Assembly (NCBI GenBank): GCA_947584825.1
Contig: CANPWR010000001.1
Location: forward strand, 1-41,584
DNA from: an uncultured Clostridia bacterium
Lineage (GTDB): Bacteria; Bacillota; Clostridia; Oscillospirales; Ruminococcaceae
DNA length: 41,584 nucleotides
Direction of reading: 5' to 3'
How positions within the stretch are numbered: the stretch's first letter is position 1; each line of letters starts with the position of its first letter. Below are positions 1 through 10,413 of this stretch, in pieces. The notes below the pieces were generated by a model that was not told where the DNA came from, did no database searches, and was given only the letters and a program-made list of their open reading frames with translations. The translations under genes were made by a program, and so were the position numbers.

Positions 1-62
1 TCTACAGGTCTGGCATTGCGGTAGATAAATCTGCGGGCTTTTTCAAAAGTTATGTTTTTCAT
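1..62 (-). CDS. 5' end of an unidentified CDS running off the left edge (MKNITFEKARRFIYRNARPV...)
   Basis: ATG at 60-62 (minus) has AAGGA (plus 72-76) 9 nt upstream. The frame is open to the window edge, but only 20 codons are visible, so no family call is made. Confidence 0.4.
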   Translation of the reverse strand, partial: MKNITFEKARRFIYRNARPV

Positions 63-78
63 ATTCTATTTTCCTTTG

Positions 79-1515
79 TTACCCCTCAAGCTTTTTCAGT
101 ATAATTTCTTTCATCATTCCCGGATTAGCCTTACCCTTTGACGCCTTCATACACTGCCCTACTAAATAGCCCAGAGCGTTAGTTTTGCCGCTCTTGTAAT
201 CGCTTACAGACTTCTCATTATTTGCAATAACCTCATCAGCAATAGCCTCTAAAGCTGACGCGTCTGAAACCTGAGCAAGCGACTTCTCTTTGATAATTTC
301 ATCTATGTCCTTGTCTTCATCAATGATAATCTCAAAAATAGTTTTGCCTGCGCTGTTTGAAATCTTACCGTCGCCAATCAGCTTAATAATGTATAACAGC
401 TTGTCTGAGGTCAGCTTGGTTTCAGAAATTTTCTTGCCAGTTTCGTTGCAATATTTAGCAACATCACTTAAAATCCAGTTGGATACGCTTTTAGCCAGCT
501 TTGGATTATCCTTAACACATTCGTCGAAAAGACTGGATTTCTCTATATCCTCTGATATAAATGACGCGTCCTTTTGAGATAGACCGAACTCCTTAACATA
601 CCGAACCAGCTTTTTATTCGGCAATTCGGGGATCTCGCTTTTCAGCTTTTCAATTCTTTCTTTGTCAATTACAATAGTGAGCAAGTCCGGCTCAGGGAAA
701 TATCTGTAATCCTGTGCGTCCTCTTTACTTCTCATAGACAGACTTTCGCCCTTTGTATCGTCCCAGCGGCGTGTTTCCTGAATAACCTCTCCGCCTGCTT
801 CAAGAATCTCGATCTGTCTGTTTACTTCAAAATCTATTCCTCTTACTGCCGCTGAAAAGCTGTTTACGTTTTTCATTTCAGAACGTGTTCCCAAAGGCTC
901 TCCGGGCTTATGAACAGACACGTTTACATCGCATCTTATTGAGCCTTCCTGCATCTTGCAGTCGCTTATGTTTAAGTATTGAAGAATTGACTTTATTGTT
1001 TCTAGATAAGCATGAGCCTCAGCTGAACTTCTCATATCAGGCTCTGAAACTATCTCGATAAGCGGAACTCCGCACCTGTTGAGGTCTACAAGTGAGCCGT
1101 CAAACTTGTCTGAGTGAAGAAGTTTTCCCGCGTCCTCCTCAATGTGAATTCTAGTAACGCCTATTCTTCTTTCCTCACCGTCAACCAAAATATCCAAGTA
1201 TCCGTTTTTGCAAAGAGGAACCTCAGCCTGAGAAATTTGATACGCTTTAGGCAAATCAGGATAGAAATAATTCTTTCTGTCCTGCTTGCAGACATTGTTT
1301 ATTGTACAGTTCAGCGCGTGACCCATCTTTATTGCATAGTCTACTACCTTTTCATTTAAAGTAGGCAGTGCTCCCGGCATACCCATACAAATCGGGCAAA
1401 CCTGAGTATTGACCTCAAGACCAAATGCGTTTTTGCAGTCGCAATATATTTTAGATTCGGTATTAAGCTCAGCGTGAACTTCAAGACCGATCACAACTTC
1501 ATAACCTTTAACCAT
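79..1515 (-). CDS. gatB: Asp/Glu-tRNA(Asn/Gln) amidotransferase subunit B
   Basis: GatB-like N-terminus (VIGLEVHAEL...CPICMGMPGALP) and a C-terminal GatB/YqeY-type domain. It is last in a gatC-gatA-gatB order. I moved the start to ATG 1513-1515 (MVKGYEV) because GGAGG lies 8 nt upstream; the ORF-track TTG at 1530 overlaps that SD. Confidence 0.95.
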   Translation of the reverse strand: MVKGYEVVIGLEVHAELNTESKIYCDCKNAFGLEVNTQVCPICMGMPGALPTLNEKVVDYAIKMGHALNCTINNVCKQDRKNYFYPDLPKAYQISQAEVPLCKNGYLDILVDGEERRIGVTRIHIEEDAGKLLHSDKFDGSLVDLNRCGVPLIEIVSEPDMRSSAEAHAYLETIKSILQYLNISDCKMQEGSIRCDVNVSVHKPGEPLGTRSEMKNVNSFSAAVRGIDFEVNRQIEILEAGGEVIQETRRWDDTKGESLSMRSKEDAQDYRYFPEPDLLTIVIDKERIEKLKSEIPELPNKKLVRYVKEFGLSQKDASFISEDIEKSSLFDECVKDNPKLAKSVSNWILSDVAKYCNETGKKISETKLTSDKLLYIIKLIGDGKISNSAGKTIFEIIIDEDKDIDEIIKEKSLAQVSDASALEAIADEVIANNEKSVSDYKSGKTNALGYLVGQCMKASKGKANPGMMKEIILKKLEG

Positions 1516-1533
1516 TTTAATTACCTCCAATCA

Positions 1534-2991
1534 TTAAAGCAATGGACTTTTAAAACCGCCGATTATGTTCTCGTATGCGTTTGCGGTATTTAAAAGCGTT
1601 TGCTCACAGAACTTGTTTCCTACAAGCTGTAATCCGATAGGAAGTCCTTTATCGTCATATCCGCAAGGTATGCTCATTGCAGGAAGTCCTGCAATGTTTA
1701 TAGTTACAGTACATATATCGGTTGCATACATTTTAAGCGGATTATCAATATTTTCACCGATTTTAAATGCTGTTGACGGAACAGTAGGCGTGCAGATAAC
1801 GTCAACATTTTTGAAAACCTCGTTAAACTCTGCCGATACTCTTCTTTGAACTAGCTTTGCCTTTTTATAATAAGCGTCGAAGAAACCTGAGCTTAAAACA
1901 AATGTTCCGAGCAGAATTCTTCTCTTTACTTCATCTCCAAAGCCCTCAGAACGGGTTTTCTCATACATATCAATAAGACTGTCAAATTCCTTTGCCCTGT
2001 AGCCGTATTTAACTCCGTCATATCTGGCAAGGTTAGATGACGCTTCTGCCGAAGAAATAATGTAATATGCTGACAGTGCATAATTAGTAGACGGCAGGCT
2101 TATCTCTTTGACAGACGCTCCGTTTTGCTCTAAAACTTTGACAGCCGAATATACAGCATCCTTTACATTGCTGTCAATTCCGTCGCCGAAGTATTCTTTT
2201 GGAATAGCTATTTTCAAGCCTTTTACATCTGATTTTAGGTTTGTTAAGAAGTCAGGAATTTCAGCATTTGCTGATGTTGCGTCATATTTGTCGTGACCTG
2301 ATATAACTGATTGCAGCATAGCAACATCCTTAACAGTACGGCCGACAGGTCCTATCTGGTCAAGAGAAGATGCAAACGCAACAAGTCCGAAACGTGATAC
2401 TCTTCCATAGGTTGGTTTTAATCCAACTACCCCGCAGTATGCGGCAGGCTGACGAATAGATCCGCCTGTATCAGAGCCGAGTGAAACAACAGCCTCTCCT
2501 GCAGCAACAGATGCAGCAGAACCGCCTGATGAGCCTCCCGGTATTCTCTCAGCATCAAACGGATTTTTAGTCTTTTTAAAGTAAGACGTTTCAGTGGACG
2601 AACCCATAGCAAACTCGTCCATATTAAGCTTGCCTGTAATTATCAGATCAGCATTGTTGATTTTCTCTATAACAGTTGCGTTAAATGGCGGAACATAATT
2701 TTCAAGCATTTTAGATGAGCAGGTGGTTCTAAGTCCTTTAGTTGAAATGTTATCCTTAATGCCTATTGGTATTCCTGCCAATGGAGAAAGCTTGTCTCCG
2801 TTTGCAAGCTTTTTATCGACTTCTTCTGCTTTTTTTAAAGCATTTTCCTTATCTAACGTAACATAAGCGTCTACTTTTTCTTCGACAGAATCTATTCTAT
2901 TAAATACGGATTCTGTTATTTCAACAGAGCTTGTCTGCTTGTTTTTTAGCATTTGAGAAAGCTCAAACGCACTATTTTTATACAATTCCAT
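1534..2991 (-). CDS. gatA: Asp/Glu-tRNA(Asn/Gln) amidotransferase subunit A
   Basis: 485 aa with the amidase signature (GGSSGGSAASVAAG, GSDTGGSIRQPA). AGGAGG lies 7 nt upstream of the ATG. It sits between gatC and gatB. Confidence 0.95.
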   Translation of the reverse strand: MELYKNSAFELSQMLKNKQTSSVEITESVFNRIDSVEEKVDAYVTLDKENALKKAEEVDKKLANGDKLSPLAGIPIGIKDNISTKGLRTTCSSKMLENYVPPFNATVIEKINNADLIITGKLNMDEFAMGSSTETSYFKKTKNPFDAERIPGGSSGGSAASVAAGEAVVSLGSDTGGSIRQPAAYCGVVGLKPTYGRVSRFGLVAFASSLDQIGPVGRTVKDVAMLQSVISGHDKYDATSANAEIPDFLTNLKSDVKGLKIAIPKEYFGDGIDSNVKDAVYSAVKVLEQNGASVKEISLPSTNYALSAYYIISSAEASSNLARYDGVKYGYRAKEFDSLIDMYEKTRSEGFGDEVKRRILLGTFVLSSGFFDAYYKKAKLVQRRVSAEFNEVFKNVDVICTPTVPSTAFKIGENIDNPLKMYATDICTVTINIAGLPAMSIPCGYDDKGLPIGLQLVGNKFCEQTLLNTANAYENIIGGFKSPLL

Positions 2992-3002
2992 ATAACTGCC
3001 TC

Positions 3003-3275
3003 CTATTCTACTGTCTTTGGAACTACAAGGCAGCCTGCTGTAACATGCGGTGCATTCTTTGTCAGTTCATCTCTCGAATACTTATTTTCTCTTACCTTAT
3101 CTTCCCTAAGTGTCATTGAATTTTCAGGGTCAAGCAGAGACTCGTCCTTGATGTCATTAGGAAGATTCTCAACCATCTCAACGATCCCCTCCATATCTTT
3201 TTTGAATTTTTCAAGTTCTTCGTCTTCAATACGAAGTCTTGCAAGCTTTGCAATATGTTTAATGTCAATGTTCAT
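3003..3275 (-). CDS. gatC: Asp/Glu-tRNA(Asn/Gln) amidotransferase subunit C
   Basis: 90 aa with a GatC-like sequence (IKHIAKLARLRIEDEELEKF...). GGAGG SD upstream. It lies immediately upstream of gatA. Confidence 0.9.
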   Translation of the reverse strand: MNIDIKHIAKLARLRIEDEELEKFKKDMEGIVEMVENLPNDIKDESLLDPENSMTLREDKVRENKYSRDELTKNAPHVTAGCLVVPKTVE

Positions 3276-3290
3276 TTTTGTACCTCCGAT

Positions 3291-5279
<1,989 letters not shown>

Positions 5280-5298
5280 CTAAAAAATATACAATTAT

Positions 5299-5307
5299 AG
5301 TATACCA
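5299..5307 (-). promoter_or_regulatory. Candidate extended -10 promoter element for ligA-gatCAB
   Basis: The minus strand reads TGGTATACT (TGn + TATACT) about 30 nt upstream of the ligA ATG. No good -35 is seen. Confidence 0.35.
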
Positions 5308-5355
5308 CATCTTACATTAATAAAGCTAGTAATTTTAACAATATTTCTTAATTTT

Positions 5356-5994
5356 TTAAGATATTGAGACGTATCCTTCGGGAATTTCTCCTACAATGAC
5401 AGTTTCTGCAAGCAAAAATTCAGTTTGAACATTAGCTTTATAAGTTCCCGCAGCCGCGACAGCAACTATATCTGAGCTTACCTCTATGTAAATTCTATGA
5501 AGTGTTTGATTAACTCCGGCACTTGAAAATGAGCTTTTAATATTTGTTTTGACGCTTCCCTCTTTTTCAAAATGAACGGTTATGTCTGGACCTACTCCGC
5601 TGAAAAGGTTGATTCCTGAAATTGTACCTAAAGCAATACTGATTACGTTTTTATCCTGATTTTCGTAATCCTTGTTTATCTGATCTGATATATCAGTTTT
5701 TAAACTGTTAATTTTTGATGATACACAGGATATTGATGTAATTTGATCTTCTGAATTTTTATTTATTTCTACTAAGTCGTTATAAGAAAGATCATAAGTA
5801 GACAAAGTGTTTTGTATGGCTTCATTGATTATTCTTGTGGCACTGTTTTTGCACTTATAAACAGCTATGTCCTTCAGCTTAGTTTTTAACTGATGATTTA
5901 GTGCAAAAAGTACTGTCAAAGCAAAGCAAAGTAATATTATAAGTGCTGCATTTCGCTTTTTATTTGCTTTTCTCCTTTTGTGTTTAGCTCTCAA
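5356..5994 (-). CDS. yunB: Sporulation protein YunB-like
   Basis: 212 aa with a basic N-terminus plus one TM segment, then a YunB-type body (GVNQTLHRIYIEV...ETVIVGEIPEGY). TTG start with AAAGGAG 8 nt upstream. The family call is from recollection of YunB sequences. Confidence 0.7.
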   Translation of the reverse strand: MRAKHKRRKANKKRNAALIILLCFALTVLFALNHQLKTKLKDIAVYKCKNSATRIINEAIQNTLSTYDLSYNDLVEINKNSEDQITSISCVSSKINSLKTDISDQINKDYENQDKNVISIALGTISGINLFSGVGPDITVHFEKEGSVKTNIKSSFSSAGVNQTLHRIYIEVSSDIVAVAAAGTYKANVQTEFLLAETVIVGEIPEGYVSIS

Positions 5995-6054
5995 ATTACG
6001 TTACTCCTTTCACCTAAATTAAATATTGATAACCTATTATATTCAATATCGTGA

Positions 6055-6091
6055 AAAGAGTGAAAAAGCTATCAGAGGTTAATCTGATAGC
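6055..6091 (-). terminator. Rho-independent terminator after the transketolase genes
   Basis: On the minus strand, a 9-bp perfect stem GCTATCAGA/TCTGATAGC (6068-6091) with a 6-nt loop is followed by TTTTTCACTCTTTTC. Confidence 0.8.
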
Positions 6092-6109
6092 TCAAATTAC
6101 AATTATATT

Positions 6110-7054
6110 TTATTTTCCAAGTGCCTCTTTAGCCGTCTTAACAATATTTTCTGACGACAAACCGAACTCCTTCAACAAATCAACAGCAGGTCCTGAATGA
6201 CCAAACTCATCATTAACGCCTATCTTAATTACCTTTGTAGGCAGATTTTCAGATACAACATCGCAGACTGCAGAGCCAAGACCTCCGATAACACTGTGCT
6301 CCTCAACCGTAAGAAGAAGTCCCGTATCCTTAGCGGCTTCCAGAATAATATCCTTGTCAATAGGCTTGATTGTATGGATGTTAATAACTCTTGCATTTAT
6401 TCCATCTTTTTTAAGCTCCTCAGCGGCGGTAAGTGCTTCTGAAACCATAAGACCTGTTGCTATAATTGCTATGTCATCTCCGTCTGTCAGCTTAATTCCC
6501 TTGCCAAGCTCGAATTTGTAAGTTTCTTTGTTATTAAATATAGGTGCGGCAAGACGTCCGAATCTTAAATAGACAGGTCCGTCATGAAGTATAGCGGCCT
6601 CAACTGCGGCTTTTGCTTCAACGTCATCAGCGGGATTTATAATTGTCATTCCCGGAATTGTTCTCATAAGAGCAATATCCTCGTTACACTGGTGAGTTGC
6701 ACCGTCCTCTCCTACAGAAATTCCTGCATGAGTTGCACCTATTTTTACGTTAAGATGTGGGTAACCGATAGTGTTTCTCACAATCTCATATGCCCTGCCT
6801 GCCGCAAACATTGCAAAGGTTGATGCAAAAGGAATTTTTCCTGTTGCAGCCATTCCTGCAGCAACACCCATCATATTTGCCTCAGCAATACCGCAGTCAA
6901 AAAACCTTTCAGGATATTTTTTCTTAAAAATTCCCGTCTTTGTAGCGGCCGCAAGGTCAGCGTCGAAAACATATAAATTATCATATTTATCTGCCAGTTC
7001 AGCTAAAGCCTCTCCATAGCTTTCTCTGGTAGCCTTTTTTACTACTTCGCTCAT
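6110..7054 (-). CDS. Transketolase, C-terminal (pyrimidine-binding) subunit
   Basis: 314 aa typical of a split transketolase (FFDCGIAEANMMGVAAGMA, EDGATHQ). It directly follows the N-terminal subunit gene. Confidence 0.93.
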   Translation of the reverse strand: MSEVVKKATRESYGEALAELADKYDNLYVFDADLAAATKTGIFKKKYPERFFDCGIAEANMMGVAAGMAATGKIPFASTFAMFAAGRAYEIVRNTIGYPHLNVKIGATHAGISVGEDGATHQCNEDIALMRTIPGMTIINPADDVEAKAAVEAAILHDGPVYLRFGRLAAPIFNNKETYKFELGKGIKLTDGDDIAIIATGLMVSEALTAAEELKKDGINARVINIHTIKPIDKDIILEAAKDTGLLLTVEEHSVIGGLGSAVCDVVSENLPTKVIKIGVNDEFGHSGPAVDLLKEFGLSSENIVKTAKEALGK

Positions 7055-7056
7055 GT

Positions 7057-7896
7057 TTAGCCCTCCAATGCTTTCAAAGTTTTATTAAGCTCATCCATCG
7101 CCTGATTATATTGTTCAGTATTAGGAGCAGAACCGTGCCAGGAAACCTGATTTTCCATAAACGAAACACCCTTTCCCTTAACGCTCTTTTGAATAATAGC
7201 AACAGGCTGTCCTGCGATTTTTTCTGCTTCGTCAAATGCGGCTTCAAGCTTATCGAAATCATGTGCGTCAGTTTCAATTACGTGCCAGCCAAATGCCTCA
7301 AATTTTTCCTTGATAGGATACGGTGAGCAAACATCTTCAATTGCACCGTCTATCTGAAGACCGTTGTTATCGACTATTGCAACAAGATTATCAAGCTCCT
7401 TATGAGCGGCAAACATTGCGGCTTCCCAAACCTGACCTTCCTCAATTTCACCGTCGCCGAGAATAGCATAAACCTTATATGGTGCATTTGAAATCTTTCC
7501 GCTTAGAGCCATTCCGCACGCTGCAGAAATACCTTGCCCCAATGACCCTGAAGACATATCAACACCCGGAATATGAATACAAGGATGCCCCTGAAGTAAT
7601 GCACCTATATGTCTTAATGATTTAAGCTCGTTAAGATCAAAAAATCCTTTATTTGCAAGTGTTGAATAAAGTGCAGGAGCAGTGTGTCCTTTTGAAAGAA
7701 CCAGTCTGTCTCTGTCCTCCATATCAGGATTTTTAGGGTCAACATTCATCTTTGCAAAATAAAGATATGTCAATGTGTCCGCTATTGACAATGATCCTCC
7801 CGGATGACCGGATTTTGCATTATAAACGCCTTCAATTATACCCATACGAATTTTGCAGGCTTGTATTTCAAGCTGCTTTTTAATAGTAGCGTCCAT
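7057..7896 (-). CDS. Transketolase, N-terminal (TPP-binding) subunit
   Basis: 279 aa with GHPGGSLS, a TPP-binding GDGEIEEGQVWEA...VDNN motif and LSKGH. Confidence 0.93.
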   Translation of the reverse strand: MDATIKKQLEIQACKIRMGIIEGVYNAKSGHPGGSLSIADTLTYLYFAKMNVDPKNPDMEDRDRLVLSKGHTAPALYSTLANKGFFDLNELKSLRHIGALLQGHPCIHIPGVDMSSGSLGQGISAACGMALSGKISNAPYKVYAILGDGEIEEGQVWEAAMFAAHKELDNLVAIVDNNGLQIDGAIEDVCSPYPIKEKFEAFGWHVIETDAHDFDKLEAAFDEAEKIAGQPVAIIQKSVKGKGVSFMENQVSWHGSAPNTEQYNQAMDELNKTLKALEG

Positions 7897-7913
7897 TTTA
7901 TCAATCCTCCAGA

Positions 7914-8726
7914 TTAATTTACTTTTGAAAATATATAATCTATCACTGCTGCGATAGCATTTTCATCACAAGTTTCTGCCAGAACTAAATCGGCAACATT
8001 CTTTACTGCGTCAACTGCATTAGCAGGACAAACACCCAAATCAGCTTCAATAAGCATTTGTATATCATTATTGTAGTCGCCTACCGCAACGATTGTATAG
8101 TCCTCAATATTGCACAGCTTCCTCATAGCTTTAAGGGCAGAGCCCTTTGAATTTTCCTGAGGAAGGATTTCAAAGTAGTTTATATCGCTTCTTACAAAGT
8201 CAACGCCTGAATAATATTGCTTGCTTACATACTCTTCAACTATATCAAGGTTTTCCTTTGTATCAGCAAATAGAACCTTATACCAGTTATTATCAACATT
8301 ATCGATATCTGTATAATTAGGTTTTACTTTGCATATTTGTATGTGGTTTTCCTCAGTTTCGTTTATGCTTATGACATTGACCTTATCAGTTAAAATCTCG
8401 CAACCTAATTTCGGAAAGTTTTTTAATATATCAATAGTGATTTCCTTTGCAACAGGCGGTGTATAAATATCGTATATTGACTTATTAGCATTTATATCAT
8501 AAATCATACCGCCGTTAAACATTATCATAGGAAAATTCACATTGAAATATTCAAAGTACTGCGAAGTAGCCTGATGGGCACGACCTGTTGCTATAGTAAA
8601 TTTTCCTCCGGCATTCTGGAATTTCTTGATTGCCTCTAAATTCCCTTTAGAAGGAATTTTATTTGTAGGAAGAAAAGTCCCGTCCATATCGGTTATCAGC
8701 AATACCTTTGATATATCTTCAAACAT
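7914..8726 (-). CDS. Cof-type HAD-IIB family hydrolase
   Basis: 270 aa with the HAD motifs ITDMDGTF (DxD), ATGR and GDYNNDIQML. Confidence 0.85.
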   Translation of the reverse strand: MFEDISKVLLITDMDGTFLPTNKIPSKGNLEAIKKFQNAGGKFTIATGRAHQATSQYFEYFNVNFPMIMFNGGMIYDINANKSIYDIYTPPVAKEITIDILKNFPKLGCEILTDKVNVISINETEENHIQICKVKPNYTDIDNVDNNWYKVLFADTKENLDIVEEYVSKQYYSGVDFVRSDINYFEILPQENSKGSALKAMRKLCNIEDYTIVAVGDYNNDIQMLIEADLGVCPANAVDAVKNVADLVLAETCDENAIAAVIDYIFSKVN

Positions 8727-8730
8727 ATAT

Positions 8731-9636
8731 TTATCTTACCTTTTTCAGTATTTTTTCAAAATATTCAGGAAGTTCGCTGTCAAACTCCATATACTCCCCC
8801 GTTGACGGGTGAACAAACCCTATCTTTTTAGCATGCAGACATTGACCGTCAATACCCTTAAAAGACTTACCATACACATCGTCACCTAAAATCGGATGAC
8901 CAATATACGACATATGAACTCTTATCTGATGAGTTCTTCCTGTTTCAAGTGTAAATTTAAGCAAAGAGTATTTTTCATAAGTCTCTAAAACTTTATAATG
9001 AGTAACCGCATTTTTTGAATTTGTATCAGTGACAGCCATCTTCTTTCGATTAAGCTTATGTCTGCCGATAGGAGCATTTACAGTTCCCTCTTCATCGCTC
9101 ATTCGACCGCAGACAACGCCCATATACTCTCTGGTGAATGAGTGTTCCTTAATCTGCTTAGCCAGATTAGTATGAGCCCTGTCAGTTTTTGCAACAATAA
9201 GCAAACCGCTGGTATATTTATCAATTCTATGAACAATTCCCGGTCTTATAACGCCGTTAATGCTTGAAAGACGTCCTTTGCAATGATACAAAAGAGCATT
9301 TACAAGAGTGCCGTCAGGATTACCTGCCGCAGGATGAACGACCATGCCCTTAGGCTTATTTACAACTAACAGGTCATCATCTTCGTAAATAATATCAATG
9401 GGAATATTCTGCGGTGTAACATCAAGCTCTTCAGGTTCAGGAATGTTTATATCTATAATGTCATTAGTGTGCAATTTATAATTTTTACTAACTTCATGGG
9501 AATTTATCAGGATATTATTATCCTTAAGCAGTTTTTGAATTGACGAACGTGATAGATCCTCGATATTCTCGGATAACCACTTATCAATTCTTTTGCCATC
9601 TGTTTCACTCGACACATAAAGTTTAAGATTTTTCAT
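8731..9636 (-). CDS. rluD: 23S rRNA pseudouridine synthase, RluD/RluA family
   Basis: N-terminal S4-like domain, catalytic HRIDKYTSGLL motif and GRTHQIRVH. The start is set at ATG 9634-9636 (MKNLKLYV), which has a GGGGAA SD upstream. The ORF-track extension to 9693 lies inside lspA. lspA-rluD synteny matches Bacillus. Confidence 0.9.
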   Translation of the reverse strand: MKNLKLYVSSETDGKRIDKWLSENIEDLSRSSIQKLLKDNNILINSHEVSKNYKLHTNDIIDINIPEPEELDVTPQNIPIDIIYEDDDLLVVNKPKGMVVHPAAGNPDGTLVNALLYHCKGRLSSINGVIRPGIVHRIDKYTSGLLIVAKTDRAHTNLAKQIKEHSFTREYMGVVCGRMSDEEGTVNAPIGRHKLNRKKMAVTDTNSKNAVTHYKVLETYEKYSLLKFTLETGRTHQIRVHMSYIGHPILGDDVYGKSFKGIDGQCLHAKKIGFVHPSTGEYMEFDSELPEYFEKILKKVR

Positions 9637-10252
9637 CTTCAATTTCCCCTGAATCATCAATTTTAATCGACTCTGTATCATTATCAGAAACATCTGAAAG
9701 TTCTGTTAAAATATCAATCTCACTGTCATTATTCTTTTCATTAGGCGAATCACCTAAAGCTCCCATAACAACCGAACGCTTTTTATGATTATTAATTGAT
9801 TCTATTATCAAATAAGCAACACAAAATCCAATCGCTCCGACAACAACGCAAATATCTGCAAAATTGAATACAGGGAAATCAATAAAATCTGTTTGTATAT
9901 AGTCTATGACTTCTTTATACTTTATTCTGTCAATAATGTTTCCTATTCCTCCTGCCATAATAAATGACAGCATAACAACCTCAAGCTTTAATTTAAAGCG
10001 TCCTGATGCAATGAGAAACAGTACTAAAATAATTGCTATAACAGCAATAACTGTCAACAAAATTGTTTTACCCGCAAATATGCTCCAAGCGGCTCCGTTA
10101 TTCCTGACGTGAGTTATGCTGAACAGGTTGTGTCCGTTTATACTAAGTGTGTAAAAAGTTTCATATAAATCAATATTTGTAATAACAAAATATTTAATAG
10201 CCTGATCAATCAAAACAAGAAGAACAACCAAAACAAGTGATATGAAAATCAT
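9623..10252 (-). CDS. lspA: Lipoprotein signal peptidase (signal peptidase II) with an acidic C-terminal extension
   Basis: Multi-TM protein with NNGAAWSIF and FNFADICV motifs. The start is set at the second ATG (10250-10252), which has GGAG 7 nt upstream. The last 14 nt overlap the rluD start. Confidence 0.9.
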   Translation of the reverse strand: MIFISLVLVVLLVLIDQAIKYFVITNIDLYETFYTLSINGHNLFSITHVRNNGAAWSIFAGKTILLTVIAVIAIILVLFLIASGRFKLKLEVVMLSFIMAGGIGNIIDRIKYKEVIDYIQTDFIDFPVFNFADICVVVGAIGFCVAYLIIESINNHKKRSVVMGALGDSPNEKNNDSEIDILTELSDVSDNDTESIKIDDSGEIEDEKS

Positions 10253-10272
10253 TTTAATCTCCATTCTCCACT

Positions 10273-10300
10273 AATATAGTACAAATCTCATTACTTACAA
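10273..10300 (-). promoter_or_regulatory. Candidate sigma-A promoter for lspA-rluD-HAD-tkt
   Basis: The minus strand reads TTGTAA, a 16-nt spacer, then TATATT. It ends about 20 nt upstream of the preferred lspA ATG and lies just downstream of the ileS terminator. Confidence 0.5.
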
Positions 10301-10359
10301 GTTTGCAGTCTTTGTACTAACAGGCAAAAACTTTAAAATTAGTTATATTTTAACAATAA

Positions 10360-10400
10360 TTTTAAACAAAACATAAGTTGTCAAAATAATCTGACAACTT
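10360..10400 (-). terminator. Rho-independent terminator after ileS
   Basis: A 9-bp perfect stem AAGTTGTCA/TGACAACTT (10375-10400) is followed on the minus strand by ATGTTTTGTTT. Confidence 0.8.
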
Positions 10401-10413
10401 ACGCTAATAATTA

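Noticed and set aside
9637-9693. N-terminal extensions offered by the ORF track for rluD. The same applies to 1516-1530 (gatB), 10253-10264 (lspA), 25149-25175 (dnaD-like), 31613-31636 (sigE) and 34011-34064 (aminopeptidase).
   Set aside because: In each case an internal ATG has a properly spaced SD and matches the conserved N-terminus. The longer form overlaps the upstream gene or its own SD.
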